DNA of 63,197 bases, counting the filler, from Licmophora abbreviata (lineage: Eukaryota), in NCBI GenBank assembly GCA_900291995.1. It is 8 parts of 8 records of this genome, joined end to end, with 100 filler letters (N's around TTAATTAATTAA, not from the genome) between each part and the next. Parts side by side here need not be neighbours in the genome. Positions count along the whole stretch, not along the records: positions 23,863 to 30,604 come from OLMU01000402.1; positions 30,705 to 41,789 come from OLMU01000403.1; 6 more parts are not named here. One strand, written 5' to 3'. The notes beneath the pieces were generated by a model, which made no database searches, was not told the origin of the DNA, and saw nothing but the letters and a program-made list of their open reading frames with translations. Within the stretch, counting starts at the first letter, position 1; each line of letters starts with the position of its first letter. Positions 23,863-32,921 of the stretch are shown here, piece after piece. Position numbers and translations under genes: made by a program.

Positions 23863-24704
23863 AACGCCAAGGAACGCGCTGACCTTCCGAAACAAATCAA
23901 GTCGCTACCAATGGATGCTGAGTTCCTGGTTCATCTCGGTGACATCCGAAGCGCTAAGAACTTTGATACCTGTCGAATAGCAGAATATGAACGCGTAGCA
24001 ACCATGTTGCTCAAGTCGCGTGTCCCCGTGTTTGTTGTTGTCGGAGGTGGGTATCCGATCATTCTAGATGATGTGATTCTCATTGTTTGCTGACGCTCAT
24101 CCTGGTTCCATTCGTCATTTCTGCAGATAACGAATGGAATGACTGTCCCAACGTTAATACGGCTTGGAGTCATTGGAACGAAACCTTCAATCAGTTTGAC
24201 CAGAACTGGGACCACACATTTGAAGTGATCCGACCAGCGGATCGAACTGAAAACTTCTCGTTTGTTCACAAGAAAACCCTCTTCATTGGATTGAATCTCG
24301 TCGGAGGACGAGTTCATAAGGCAAGCGAATGGAAGACCCGCTTGTCTCATCAGGCCGAATGGACGAAAGAACTCATTTTGCAACACACGGGTATCGATGC
24401 CTCCTACGAGACAGCGAGAGCTATTGTCGTATTTGGTCATGCCACTCCCACTTTGTCCCACACAGAATTTTTCAGTCCCCTTCGTGAATTTATTCAGAAT
24501 CAGCTTGACAAACGAATCCCTGTACTCTACTTGAATGGTGATGGCCACCAGTGGCGCTTTGAACCCAACTTTTTTGATCAGTCAAACTATTTGCGTATCC
24601 AGTTGACGGGAGGGACGTCGGAGCCTCCTCTGAAGATCATTGTGAACGCCTCTCATTCTTCTGACTCGACGGAAGCAGCCTTTTCGTACGACCGTCAACT
24701 TTAA
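23863..24704 (+). CDS. Calcineurin-like metallophosphoesterase, 5'-partial; intron 24047-24126
   Basis: VHLGD, spliced GDNEWNDC, VVFGH and LNGDGH motifs. Confidence 0.85.
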
Positions 24705-24806
24705 GCCGCAAGATGCAACCTACGCATCTATACTTGGATGTCCGTACATGCAGCAGATATTTATAGAGTCCATTTCACTTTACACATATAATGGAGTGCA
24801 CGGATC

Positions 24807-25637
24807 TTACTCTGTGGCGACGTTGGAGGCAATCTCGTCGGCCGCCTTAGCATACTTGGATCCTTGAACGATGCGGTAGTTCATTTGACGCTCACGCAGG
24901 TTCGGTAGACCAACAGGTCCATCGGATGGCTTGCCCACTGCCAATAGCTCTCCTGCGTCGTCCACAAGGACAAACGTATCGAAACGCTCGTTGGGTACCC
25001 ACACGAGCTTGAAGGCAATACGCGATTGAAACTGAACGTGTGCAACATCCCTAGGCGGATCCTTGTGACAACCAATGGCACACGTCGACCAGCTGCCACC
25101 AGGGCCCAGCTCAGGGAGAGATGCCACCCGGATTCCGTTTCCGAGCCAATTACCAATGGCAATTCCTTTCACTCTACCATCGTTTTCACTATCTGATACC
25201 TGATCAAGCATGGTCGTCAGGTCCACGTGGTTGTAGTCGTTGAAGCTGTGACCCGTGTATCCCTGACCAGGAGCTGCATCTGTAATGTCCCGAAGGCCCC
25301 CGGCCCAGAGGAGCTTGCGACGAAGATCGTCCCAGGGGCCGTTCAGTGCTTGAGTCTCAGCGAGTTCCGCGACTCGTTCTCGCACGGCCAGCATTCGTTC
25401 CACAGCGGTTCCAGGATACTGGGAATCGACGGTCATGTTGGAATTCTCGCTGCCGCCAGTTGTCGTGTAGAGTGCAGTTCCAGTCGAAGACTCCCTCTTT
25501 GTTGCACTTTGAATTCCGCCTCGTGCAGACACAACGAATGATGAAGATGAAGAAGACGAGCTGGTGTTGGCTGCTACGGCTGCAAAGGTTCGTGAAGTCA
25601 CAGAGGCTGCAACGGATAGGGCCAGGGAAACGCGCAT
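24807..25637 (-). CDS. Hypothetical protein with N-terminal targeting presequence
   Basis: Long intronless ORF; hydrophobic then Ser-rich N-terminus; conserved-looking core YPGTAVERM, GYTGHSFNDYNHVDL, GGSWSTC. Confidence 0.8.
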   Translation of the reverse strand: MRVSLALSVAASVTSRTFAAVAANTSSSSSSSSFVVSARGGIQSATKRESSTGTALYTTTGGSENSNMTVDSQYPGTAVERMLAVRERVAELAETQALNGPWDDLRRKLLWAGGLRDITDAAPGQGYTGHSFNDYNHVDLTTMLDQVSDSENDGRVKGIAIGNWLGNGIRVASLPELGPGGSWSTCAIGCHKDPPRDVAHVQFQSRIAFKLVWVPNERFDTFVLVDDAGELLAVGKPSDGPVGLPNLRERQMNYRIVQGSKYAKAADEIASNVATE

Positions 25638-26133
25638 CAAAAGGATGGGCCTCGTTCGTTCTGTCTGATCTACTGTGTGATGATATTGCTTGCTTGTCGC
25701 GTCTAGAGGAAGGATGCCGATGCTGGGATGTGATGCAGCGGCGCCACCATTGTGAGGACGAAGTGTGCTGTTTCCCGCATCGATCTCGTCGTCGCTTCGT
25801 CATCGCAAAAATGAATAAAAAATAAGTCTTGCACGAATGCCACGTCATTATAGTCCAGACAGAGCTCTCTAGGCGTCATCACCAGCAGCTATGATCATAC
25901 TCGTATCGTACTCTGGCAAAGTTGATCTACGACGAGCTCGTAGAGGCCGTATACTGATGGTCTAATCCTCAACATGCAACCGCAGCGGACTTTACATAGT
26001 TAGCAAGAGAAACGCCAGTAGGAGGCTAGTAGTATGCAGACTATTGAAAGACAGGTGAGGAGCTTGTCCATACTACCACATCCTTCTTTCACAAATTTTA
26101 AGACGCCACTCTATCTTGTGCGATTGTTGCTGT

Positions 26134-27111
26134 CTACCCGTTGATCAGCGAGTCCGCCTTGCCCTGGGCATCATAGCTCTTCGGCGCTGGCACTGGAGCA
26201 GTCTTTCGTTTGATCGGGGGAAGATCGTCCGTCTTTTCCGTCACGATCTTTTCTTCTTGAGAGCACTGGTTCTTCCACATTTCAAGCCAGTTCCGAGCCA
26301 CAATGGGGCGATCTTTCGCCTTGGCAGCAAAGCCAAGTTTGGCTTCCGTCATGGACCGATGGGAGAAGTGTACGGCTCGCTGGTGGTCTGTGAGCTGACA
26401 GTCCTCTTCGCTCCATACTTCGACGCCATTCAATACTCTCGAGCCGTGAATCACATCCCTGTGTTTGTGGAATTCGTGACCGTCGGACGTATGGTAGATG
26501 TCAACTAGCGCCAGCATGTCGCTAAAGTGCCGTTCGTATCGGTTGCGATTGGCGCTTTCCACCATGAGCTTTGCAATCCGAAGGTACTCTTCTCCGGTAC
26601 CGGAAACTACTGAAGGGACAAGGTTCTCGTACATGGTAAATTCTCCATTGTTGGGCATATTTCTCCCGTCTTCAAGAAAGTCGTGAAGCGGAAAGGTGTC
26701 GTAGTCGCTCATAAATCCCCCTCCTACCTGTGCAATTGCCAACCAGCGAATAAAGCACAGTTTATCATAGAAGCCAAACGGCATTCCCTCCAGTGACTGC
26801 ACAAATTCATTGTAGAACGGGTGCACCTTGGCCGTATTCAAACCAAGAACCACTGGCTTCCATCCTGCCTCGGTCCAGAAACGTCTCCACTCTAGAAGCA
26901 GGGTTTCATCATCTTCGTCGGACATACCAGTGTTTCGGTGCTCAGTGGATGGGATCTTGTAGTAGAATGTGTGCATGACCGGCCTCTTGTCCTGTGCCTG
27001 CAGTGCGCGGGATGACCTGAGGCTATCAGCAGATGACGATCGACCAAGCACAAAAACTAGAACCGCTAATGCCAAGAGTGACGCAGCATACAGGATCGAA
27101 GCTTTTCCCAT
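26134..27111 (-). CDS. Type II membrane glycosyltransferase-like protein (DxD), tandem paralog 1
   Basis: N-terminal TM anchor; WRRFWTEAGW, CFIRWLA..VGGGFMSDYD, SDM, AVHFSH (GT-A-like GG.xxDxD pattern). Confidence 0.75.
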   Translation of the reverse strand: MGKASILYAASLLALAVLVFVLGRSSSADSLRSSRALQAQDKRPVMHTFYYKIPSTEHRNTGMSDEDDETLLLEWRRFWTEAGWKPVVLGLNTAKVHPFYNEFVQSLEGMPFGFYDKLCFIRWLAIAQVGGGFMSDYDTFPLHDFLEDGRNMPNNGEFTMYENLVPSVVSGTGEEYLRIAKLMVESANRNRYERHFSDMLALVDIYHTSDGHEFHKHRDVIHGSRVLNGVEVWSEEDCQLTDHQRAVHFSHRSMTEAKLGFAAKAKDRPIVARNWLEMWKNQCSQEEKIVTEKTDDLPPIKRKTAPVPAPKSYDAQGKADSLING

Positions 27112-27381
27112 TGTAAGTTCTCTGTTTGTGAGGGGCAGAGGAGTTGTGTCGGGCAACGTTGTCTGGTGGCGCAGTTCAGAAGTGATCGAGAAAGCTGGAT
27201 TGGCATAATGACCATCACGTAGGAACTGTGTAGGGATGTACTGGCGACACAATGTCTGAAAATAGCCTCACAATTTGAAAATACTTTGCCGCCTCCCAGT
27301 AGCTATGATGTGCTTTTACGAGAACGATAAAGGACCTGGGACGCCTCTTCGGAGTATACTTGCACAAAAACATAACTTTCT

Positions 27382-28407
27382 TTATGTTGAGCTGTATTTC
27401 CGCGCGACGTGTTCCGATGGCGACTTTTTGGCGGGCGGCAGATCATCGGTGGTTGCTGTTACCATAATTTCAACATGCGGGCATTGTCGTTGCCACATTT
27501 CCAACCATTGACGTGCTACATTGGGACGATCCTTTGCGTGTGCATCGAAACCCAGCTTACCCTGCCGCATTGCCTTGTGCGAAAAATGCACGGCTCTCAT
27601 GCTTCGCGTCAGGTGACACTCACGGTCACTCCACTCAGGCACACCATTCAAAACCCGATCACCATTCATTACGTCTCGATGTCGATGAAACGTGTGGCCA
27701 TTTGACTGGTGATAAAGGTCCGCAAGTGCCAGCATGTCGCTCCAATGTTGCTCACTCTGGTGTTGCTGGGCATTCTCCACCATGAGGTGCAGGACTCTCC
27801 AATACTCTTCCGCGGTCCCAGACACCATGGCAGGGACGTGATTGGCATAAACTGTCAATTCACCTCGATTGGGGAGGCTCCGTCCATCCGCCCGAAAGTC
27901 GTGCAAAGGAAATGTGTCGTAGTCGCTCAGGAAACCTCCGCCCTCTTGAACAACAGCGAGCCAGCGAACAAAACACAGCTTGTCGTAGAGACGGAAGGGC
28001 AAACCTTCAAGTGACTGCATGAGCTTACTGTAGTAAGGATGCTTCTGAGCCAAATGAATGCCTAGCACCTTCGGGTTCCAACCCGCTTCTCTCCAGAATG
28101 ACTTCCACTCCATGAGCAATCGTTGGTCGTCCTCGTCCGACATTCCAGTGCCTCTGTACTCGTCGGGTGGTATCTGGTAGTAAAATGTGTATATGGATGG
28201 TCTTGTTTCGTTGTAGGACACGAGTTGACGTTCCGGCGATCTTTGCGTTTGCCGACGTCGGGCCTGTCCTAGCTCCAAATCCACATGAGAGCTCGGTAAT
28301 TGCATTGTCGTGCGCCTCGGCACGATGGTAGTCCAGACGAATACCACAAACAATGAAATTGCGCCGATGCGACCCAAACAAGGGACCAGTTCTCTCATCT
28401 TAGACAC
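27382..28407 (-). CDS. Type II membrane glycosyltransferase-like protein (DxD), tandem paralog 2
   Basis: Co-linear with paralog 1 (TGMSDEDD, CFVRWLA..EGGGFLSDYDTFPLHDF, AVHFSH, TDDLPP). Confidence 0.78.
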   Translation of the reverse strand: MSKMRELVPCLGRIGAISLFVVFVWTTIVPRRTTMQLPSSHVDLELGQARRRQTQRSPERQLVSYNETRPSIYTFYYQIPPDEYRGTGMSDEDDQRLLMEWKSFWREAGWNPKVLGIHLAQKHPYYSKLMQSLEGLPFRLYDKLCFVRWLAVVQEGGGFLSDYDTFPLHDFRADGRSLPNRGELTVYANHVPAMVSGTAEEYWRVLHLMVENAQQHQSEQHWSDMLALADLYHQSNGHTFHRHRDVMNGDRVLNGVPEWSDRECHLTRSMRAVHFSHKAMRQGKLGFDAHAKDRPNVARQWLEMWQRQCPHVEIMVTATTDDLPPAKKSPSEHVARKYSST

Positions 28408-28765
28408 AAGCAGTGGGAGGTTCTGATGCCGCCCGCTTCCCGTACGATATTCTCAAGGAGACTGACGATGCATCAGCGCTGCCATTTTCATACCCTTATT
28501 GTTGTACGGTCATCGAGATGTGTCGGAAGTCACCACGCCGCGCGTGTTTGGGCAGAATGTCGGAATAGGATATGTCATGACATTTTCGAAAAATGATGGA
28601 AAATGCGCTCCCGTCACTTTCTCTCGAATTCAACATCTGTTGATTATGTAACGAAGAAGGACCAGCCGAATGGATCACACAGTCATCATCAAAAGTTCAC
28701 GATGACGATAAGATTCACCACTATTGCGTTTGTAATTGAGATCTTATAGTTGATACACTTTTGAG

Positions 28766-29758
28766 ATGTGGCTGTTAAGAAAGGAAAAGAAAAACCCCGC
28801 TGAAAGCCAAAATTCTTCGTTTTGCACAACTTCGGACGAACACGGTGTCGGTAGTACAACCGGCGCCTCAGTAACACTCCTGGGACTTGCACAAGATGGC
28901 GGCGTGCCACAAGCAGGGTGCTCCTGTGAACGTTGTTTAGCAGTGCTGGATGGTCGATTGCCAGAACTCTATCCTGTCGCTCTTGGTATTTCCGATGAAG
29001 AAGGAAACTGTCATTTGGTCGAAGCCAGTCGCACCCTTGCCAAGCAACTGTACGTATGGTCGGAATGCACAGCGCCGCTCTCCCGCACCATTGATTCGGT
29101 CAATTTGACACACTTGCATCTAGGACACGTGGATGGCATGGGTCAATTTGGAAAGGAGGTCATGGATCGAACAAATGTGCGTCTCATCACCAGCCAGCCA
29201 AACTTGCATCAGCTTGAGCACCGAGGACGGTATCTTTTGGCACCCTTCTCACCCGAACCCTTTGACCGAGACAACAACGAGGGCGATGTGATACACAAAG
29301 TGGTACTGGGACGAGGTGTGTCTCTGGAATTTCATCGAGTGCCTCATCGCGATGACGAGGGAATCGGCGACACGCATGCCATTGTTGTCCGGGGTGCTCG
29401 CAAGAGTATTCTGTTTCTACCGGACCACGACAAGTGGTCCAGTACGCTGGAACTACACGGAGCTGACTCGATTCGTAATTGGCTAAGAGACAAGCTACAT
29501 GTCAATGTTGCGCTCTTGGACGGGACGTTTTGGAGCTTGGACGAGATCAAACCCAGACGAGATTTTGAAGCGATACCGCATCCGCCGATATCCGAGACGA
29601 TCCAGATGCTTGGTCCACGACAGAACAGCGACCCGGAAGTTTGGTTCATTCACTTGAATCACACAAATCCAGCTGTTGACAATGATGAGATTCAACAGCG
29701 CATTACAGATTCGGGGTGGGGTGTAGGGAGGCAGGGTCAGAGATGGCAGATCGGGTGA
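28766..29758 (+). CDS. PqqB-like metallo-beta-lactamase-fold hydrolase
   Basis: LGLAQDGGVPQAGCSC..C, THLHLGHVDG, VPHRD, PDHDKW, LDGTFW, IPHP and IHLNHTNP are PqqB/PhnP-family motifs; intronless. Confidence 0.88.
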   Translation: MWLLRKEKKNPAESQNSSFCTTSDEHGVGSTTGASVTLLGLAQDGGVPQAGCSCERCLAVLDGRLPELYPVALGISDEEGNCHLVEASRTLAKQLYVWSECTAPLSRTIDSVNLTHLHLGHVDGMGQFGKEVMDRTNVRLITSQPNLHQLEHRGRYLLAPFSPEPFDRDNNEGDVIHKVVLGRGVSLEFHRVPHRDDEGIGDTHAIVVRGARKSILFLPDHDKWSSTLELHGADSIRNWLRDKLHVNVALLDGTFWSLDEIKPRRDFEAIPHPPISETIQMLGPRQNSDPEVWFIHLNHTNPAVDNDEIQQRITDSGWGVGRQGQRWQIG

Positions 29759-30174
29759 CCGTCCGTGATGACGACAACGGTTCTTTGACTGATGACGCAT
29801 CTCACGACAGCGACGGTGTCAGCTGTAGTGCGGAATCTTCTTCTTCTTTTAGTCGGACAGAACAGTATCGCTTCCGGTTGTACTACAGAACTTTAGTCTT
29901 CTCGCCGTACCCTCTCAATATTTGATGGGAGCCGGTTCAGGAGCACTGTAGCTTCTGTGCCAACTACGGCTCGCGAACATGACGTCATTTGAGTCACGAT
30001 CTGATGCCACCGACGCGATGATGACGGCAATGAGATGTGGATGACCTCTTGTGTGCGTTTTCGATCACATGCCGCCGTCGCAGCAACGGTGTGCCACATG
30101 TCGCCGCGCAAGTTGTTCATGCCTTTGGAAGTGAGTCATTGCAGAGATCAGACGAAGCTGAGAAAGCCGACAGG

Positions 30175-31663
30175 ATGAGCGAAGTCGCAGACAAGACTCC
30201 GTCGTCTCAAGGAACCTCTCCAAAAAGGCAGCCTCCATGGGGAAAAATTGTGTTTGGGGTCACAATTGGCATGGTCGCGATTATTCGAATACAGACCGAT
30301 TCCTACTTCCTCACTTCTAGATCAGCGGCTTTGCTTGAAGCCAATGGGATCGAATCACACGAAGCTGTGAAAAGACCGACGGCCTTGACCTCTGAAAATT
30401 TGTGCGGGCCGTGCAAGCGTGCCGTCGTTGGAAACCATTTTACTTGCACCGCGAGAATAGACCGCTACATGCTAGATCCCGCGGTCGACTTGGAGATGGC
30501 CCAGAAGATTGTGAGTAGAGAGAAAAATCAGTGCTCCGTCTGCGATCCTGATACTTGCCGCGTGGAAGAAGGTGCTAATGGCGCAATGACCAATGTCACG
30601 TACANNNNNNNNNNNNNNNNNNNNNNNNNNNNNNNNNNNNNNNNNNNNTTAATTAATTAANNNNNNNNNNNNNNNNNNNNNNNNNNNNNNNNNNNNNNNN
30701 NNNNCAATGACCAATGTCACGTACAGCTCGAATCGAACCGCTGTGTTTGTACATATCGGAAAGTCTGGAGGGGAAACCATCAAGACCATCCTGGCGGCAG
30801 GCTGCAGGTCAAGAATGAATCCAAAAACTCGGGAAGACTGCCTGCGGAATCTCCCAATAAGCCATTTGAGTGCTGGAGTTGAAGGGTATACTCACTGCTT
30901 TAACTGGTATCCAAAACCGTCGATTGTTGGCCGTGCTAGCAGCTATCTCTTCAACTTGCGCCATCCATTGGATCGAGCTGTTTCGTGGTACCACTACATT
31001 CATCCAGATCTTTGCGACAAGCAAGAGGGTGCTGGTTCAGAACAATGTAAATACTCTCGAGAGCTGGCGGCGGATCCGGAAATATGGGTCGGGAAGTTCT
31101 ATCGGCAGTGCTTTCCTACAGTCCAACATTGGGCGGCAGCTATCACTATGGACCCCGGTGACCATATTTCCCTACTGCCGGTAGATGTGTCAACAGGAGT
31201 CAATTGCTCGCAACTAGCACTCGATACTTTACGCGGGTCCCTTGAGTTCAAGAATGAACATAGCGCTGCCGCTCACATGATTGCCAACCTCCACAACAAT
31301 TCAAGATTGACAATCGGTCAATACCCTGAAAAAGAAGTGCTAGTGGTGCGAACACGCTACATGTGGGACGATCTCCTCGACCTCAACTTGTGGCTTGGAG
31401 GTGGGCGCGACGATTTTGGCAGCTTGCTAGGCTCCGCGTTCAACACTCGCGTCAACGAGAAGCGCGAGTCCGTATTCTCGGGTAAAGTGGCGCGCAGTCT
31501 TTGCTGTGTACTAGCAGAGGAAATGTTGGCTTACAAAGATCTGATTCAGCGTGCTGCCAATCTTGATCAGTCAACTAAGGATGAAGAGCTTGCTTATCTA
31601 GCCAACCAGTGCGGTTCCCCCTCTTGGTCAGATTGGATCGATATATGTGGCGTCGAAGAGTAG
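30175..31663 (+). CDS. Golgi-type sulfotransferase-like type II membrane protein with Cys-rich stem domain; spans gap 30605-30704
   Basis: 5'-PSB-like FVHIGKSGGET and 3'-PB-like LRHPLDRAVSWY; TM anchor IVFGVTIGMVAII; 21-bp overlap across the gap. Confidence 0.8.
30605..30704. other. Scaffold gap with linker; flanks overlap by 21 bp
   Basis: CAATGACCAATGTCACGTACA on both sides. Confidence 0.97.
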
Positions 31664-31746
31664 GCGAGCCCGTCACATCCTCGGTTGAGCCAAGATCATT
31701 CACACGGTAGCGGTCAAGTCAGTCTCAAGACTCATACAAACCCTCA

Positions 31747-32634
31747 TTACTTTCGGGCCGTTATGCGGCATCCCTGGAGTCCCGTGGAAAACAAATAGTC
31801 CATGGTCTGGTAAAATTCTAACATGTGCATAGCTCCTTCCCGCCCCTGTATTTCAACGTGTCGATCTAGTTCGGCCTTGTAATTGCACGCTCGCTCGTGA
31901 ATCCATGGCTTCCAGACTGCAGTCACATTTTGAATGTTAATCTGTCGCAGTCCTGCTTCAATCAAGGCAGCGTGCCACTGGTGAATAGTCATGGGTGAAC
32001 GGGGGCATCCCACCGTCGTCGTGAGATGCTTCTTGAACTGCTCGGATAACGCTTCTTTGTCCTCAATACAAAAGTCTTCCAGGTACAGGATGCCATTGGA
32101 CTCGAGTTTCTGAGAGATATTTCCTAGTGCTGTCTCAATGTCTACCACATGCAATAGACTGAGAACGGCCTGTGTAGCTTGAAACAAGCCTCCATTCAGC
32201 ACTGTTTCTCTGCCAGAAGCTGATACATCTCCTGTTATATGTTCGATAGACTTCGAAACTTCACATCGTGCTGTCAAGCTCTTGGCCATGGCCGAAATCT
32301 CCGGCACGTATTCGAGCGCAACAATCGTGGTTTTGGCCCTCTTGAACGCAAGCAGACGAGAGGGACCTCCAAACCCAGACCCCACGTCTAGTACAGAGAT
32401 TTCTGTGTCCTCACCGAACACCTCGTCCAGATATTTACGAAATATATCTGTTCCTCGGTCTCCTTCATAGCGCATGCCATCAATTTTGTTGAGAGCAACA
32501 ACGTCGAGAGGGGAGGTGCCATTCGGGTCGATCCCGAGCGCCAATAATTCGTTTGTGACACGTCTGCTGGGCTCCAATGTGTACAAATGACACGAAGGAA
32601 CCTTGATCGGGATTTCTGCTTGCTTCGAGGCCAT
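31747..32634 (-). CDS. Class I SAM-dependent methyltransferase (sarcosine/dimethylglycine N-methyltransferase-like)
   Basis: VLDVGSGFGGPSRLLA motif I, GDV, LSLLHV, GILYLEDF; intronless. Confidence 0.85.
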   Translation of the reverse strand: MASKQAEIPIKVPSCHLYTLEPSRRVTNELLALGIDPNGTSPLDVVALNKIDGMRYEGDRGTDIFRKYLDEVFGEDTEISVLDVGSGFGGPSRLLAFKRAKTTIVALEYVPEISAMAKSLTARCEVSKSIEHITGDVSASGRETVLNGGLFQATQAVLSLLHVVDIETALGNISQKLESNGILYLEDFCIEDKEALSEQFKKHLTTTVGCPRSPMTIHQWHAALIEAGLRQINIQNVTAVWKPWIHERACNYKAELDRHVEIQGREGAMHMLEFYQTMDYLFSTGLQGCRITARK

Positions 32635-32921
32635 GGTTTGTTGAGGCAGAATGCTCAACACTCACACACATCCTCGTCGCTGGACCCATCACATCACTGT
32701 CATCAACAAAAAATCATCGAGGAGCTCTGAGTCGAGTGAGTCAAGTCGAGCAAGCCCGCCTCGAGCTTCTGTCATGACATTTTCCTTTCAAGTTTGTGAG
32801 AAAGTTGAAGCTCGTTCTTTTCGCGATCTTATTGCATCACGCATTCGTTCGATCGGCGTCGTCCCATCAACTATGTATGGCGACAATGACGACAGGCATG
32901 GCAACAAGGATCAATGGAAGA

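Noticed and set aside
28766..29758. A PQQ biosynthesis pathway
   Set aside because: Only a PqqB-like gene is present; no pqqA, C, D or E recognisable in the window
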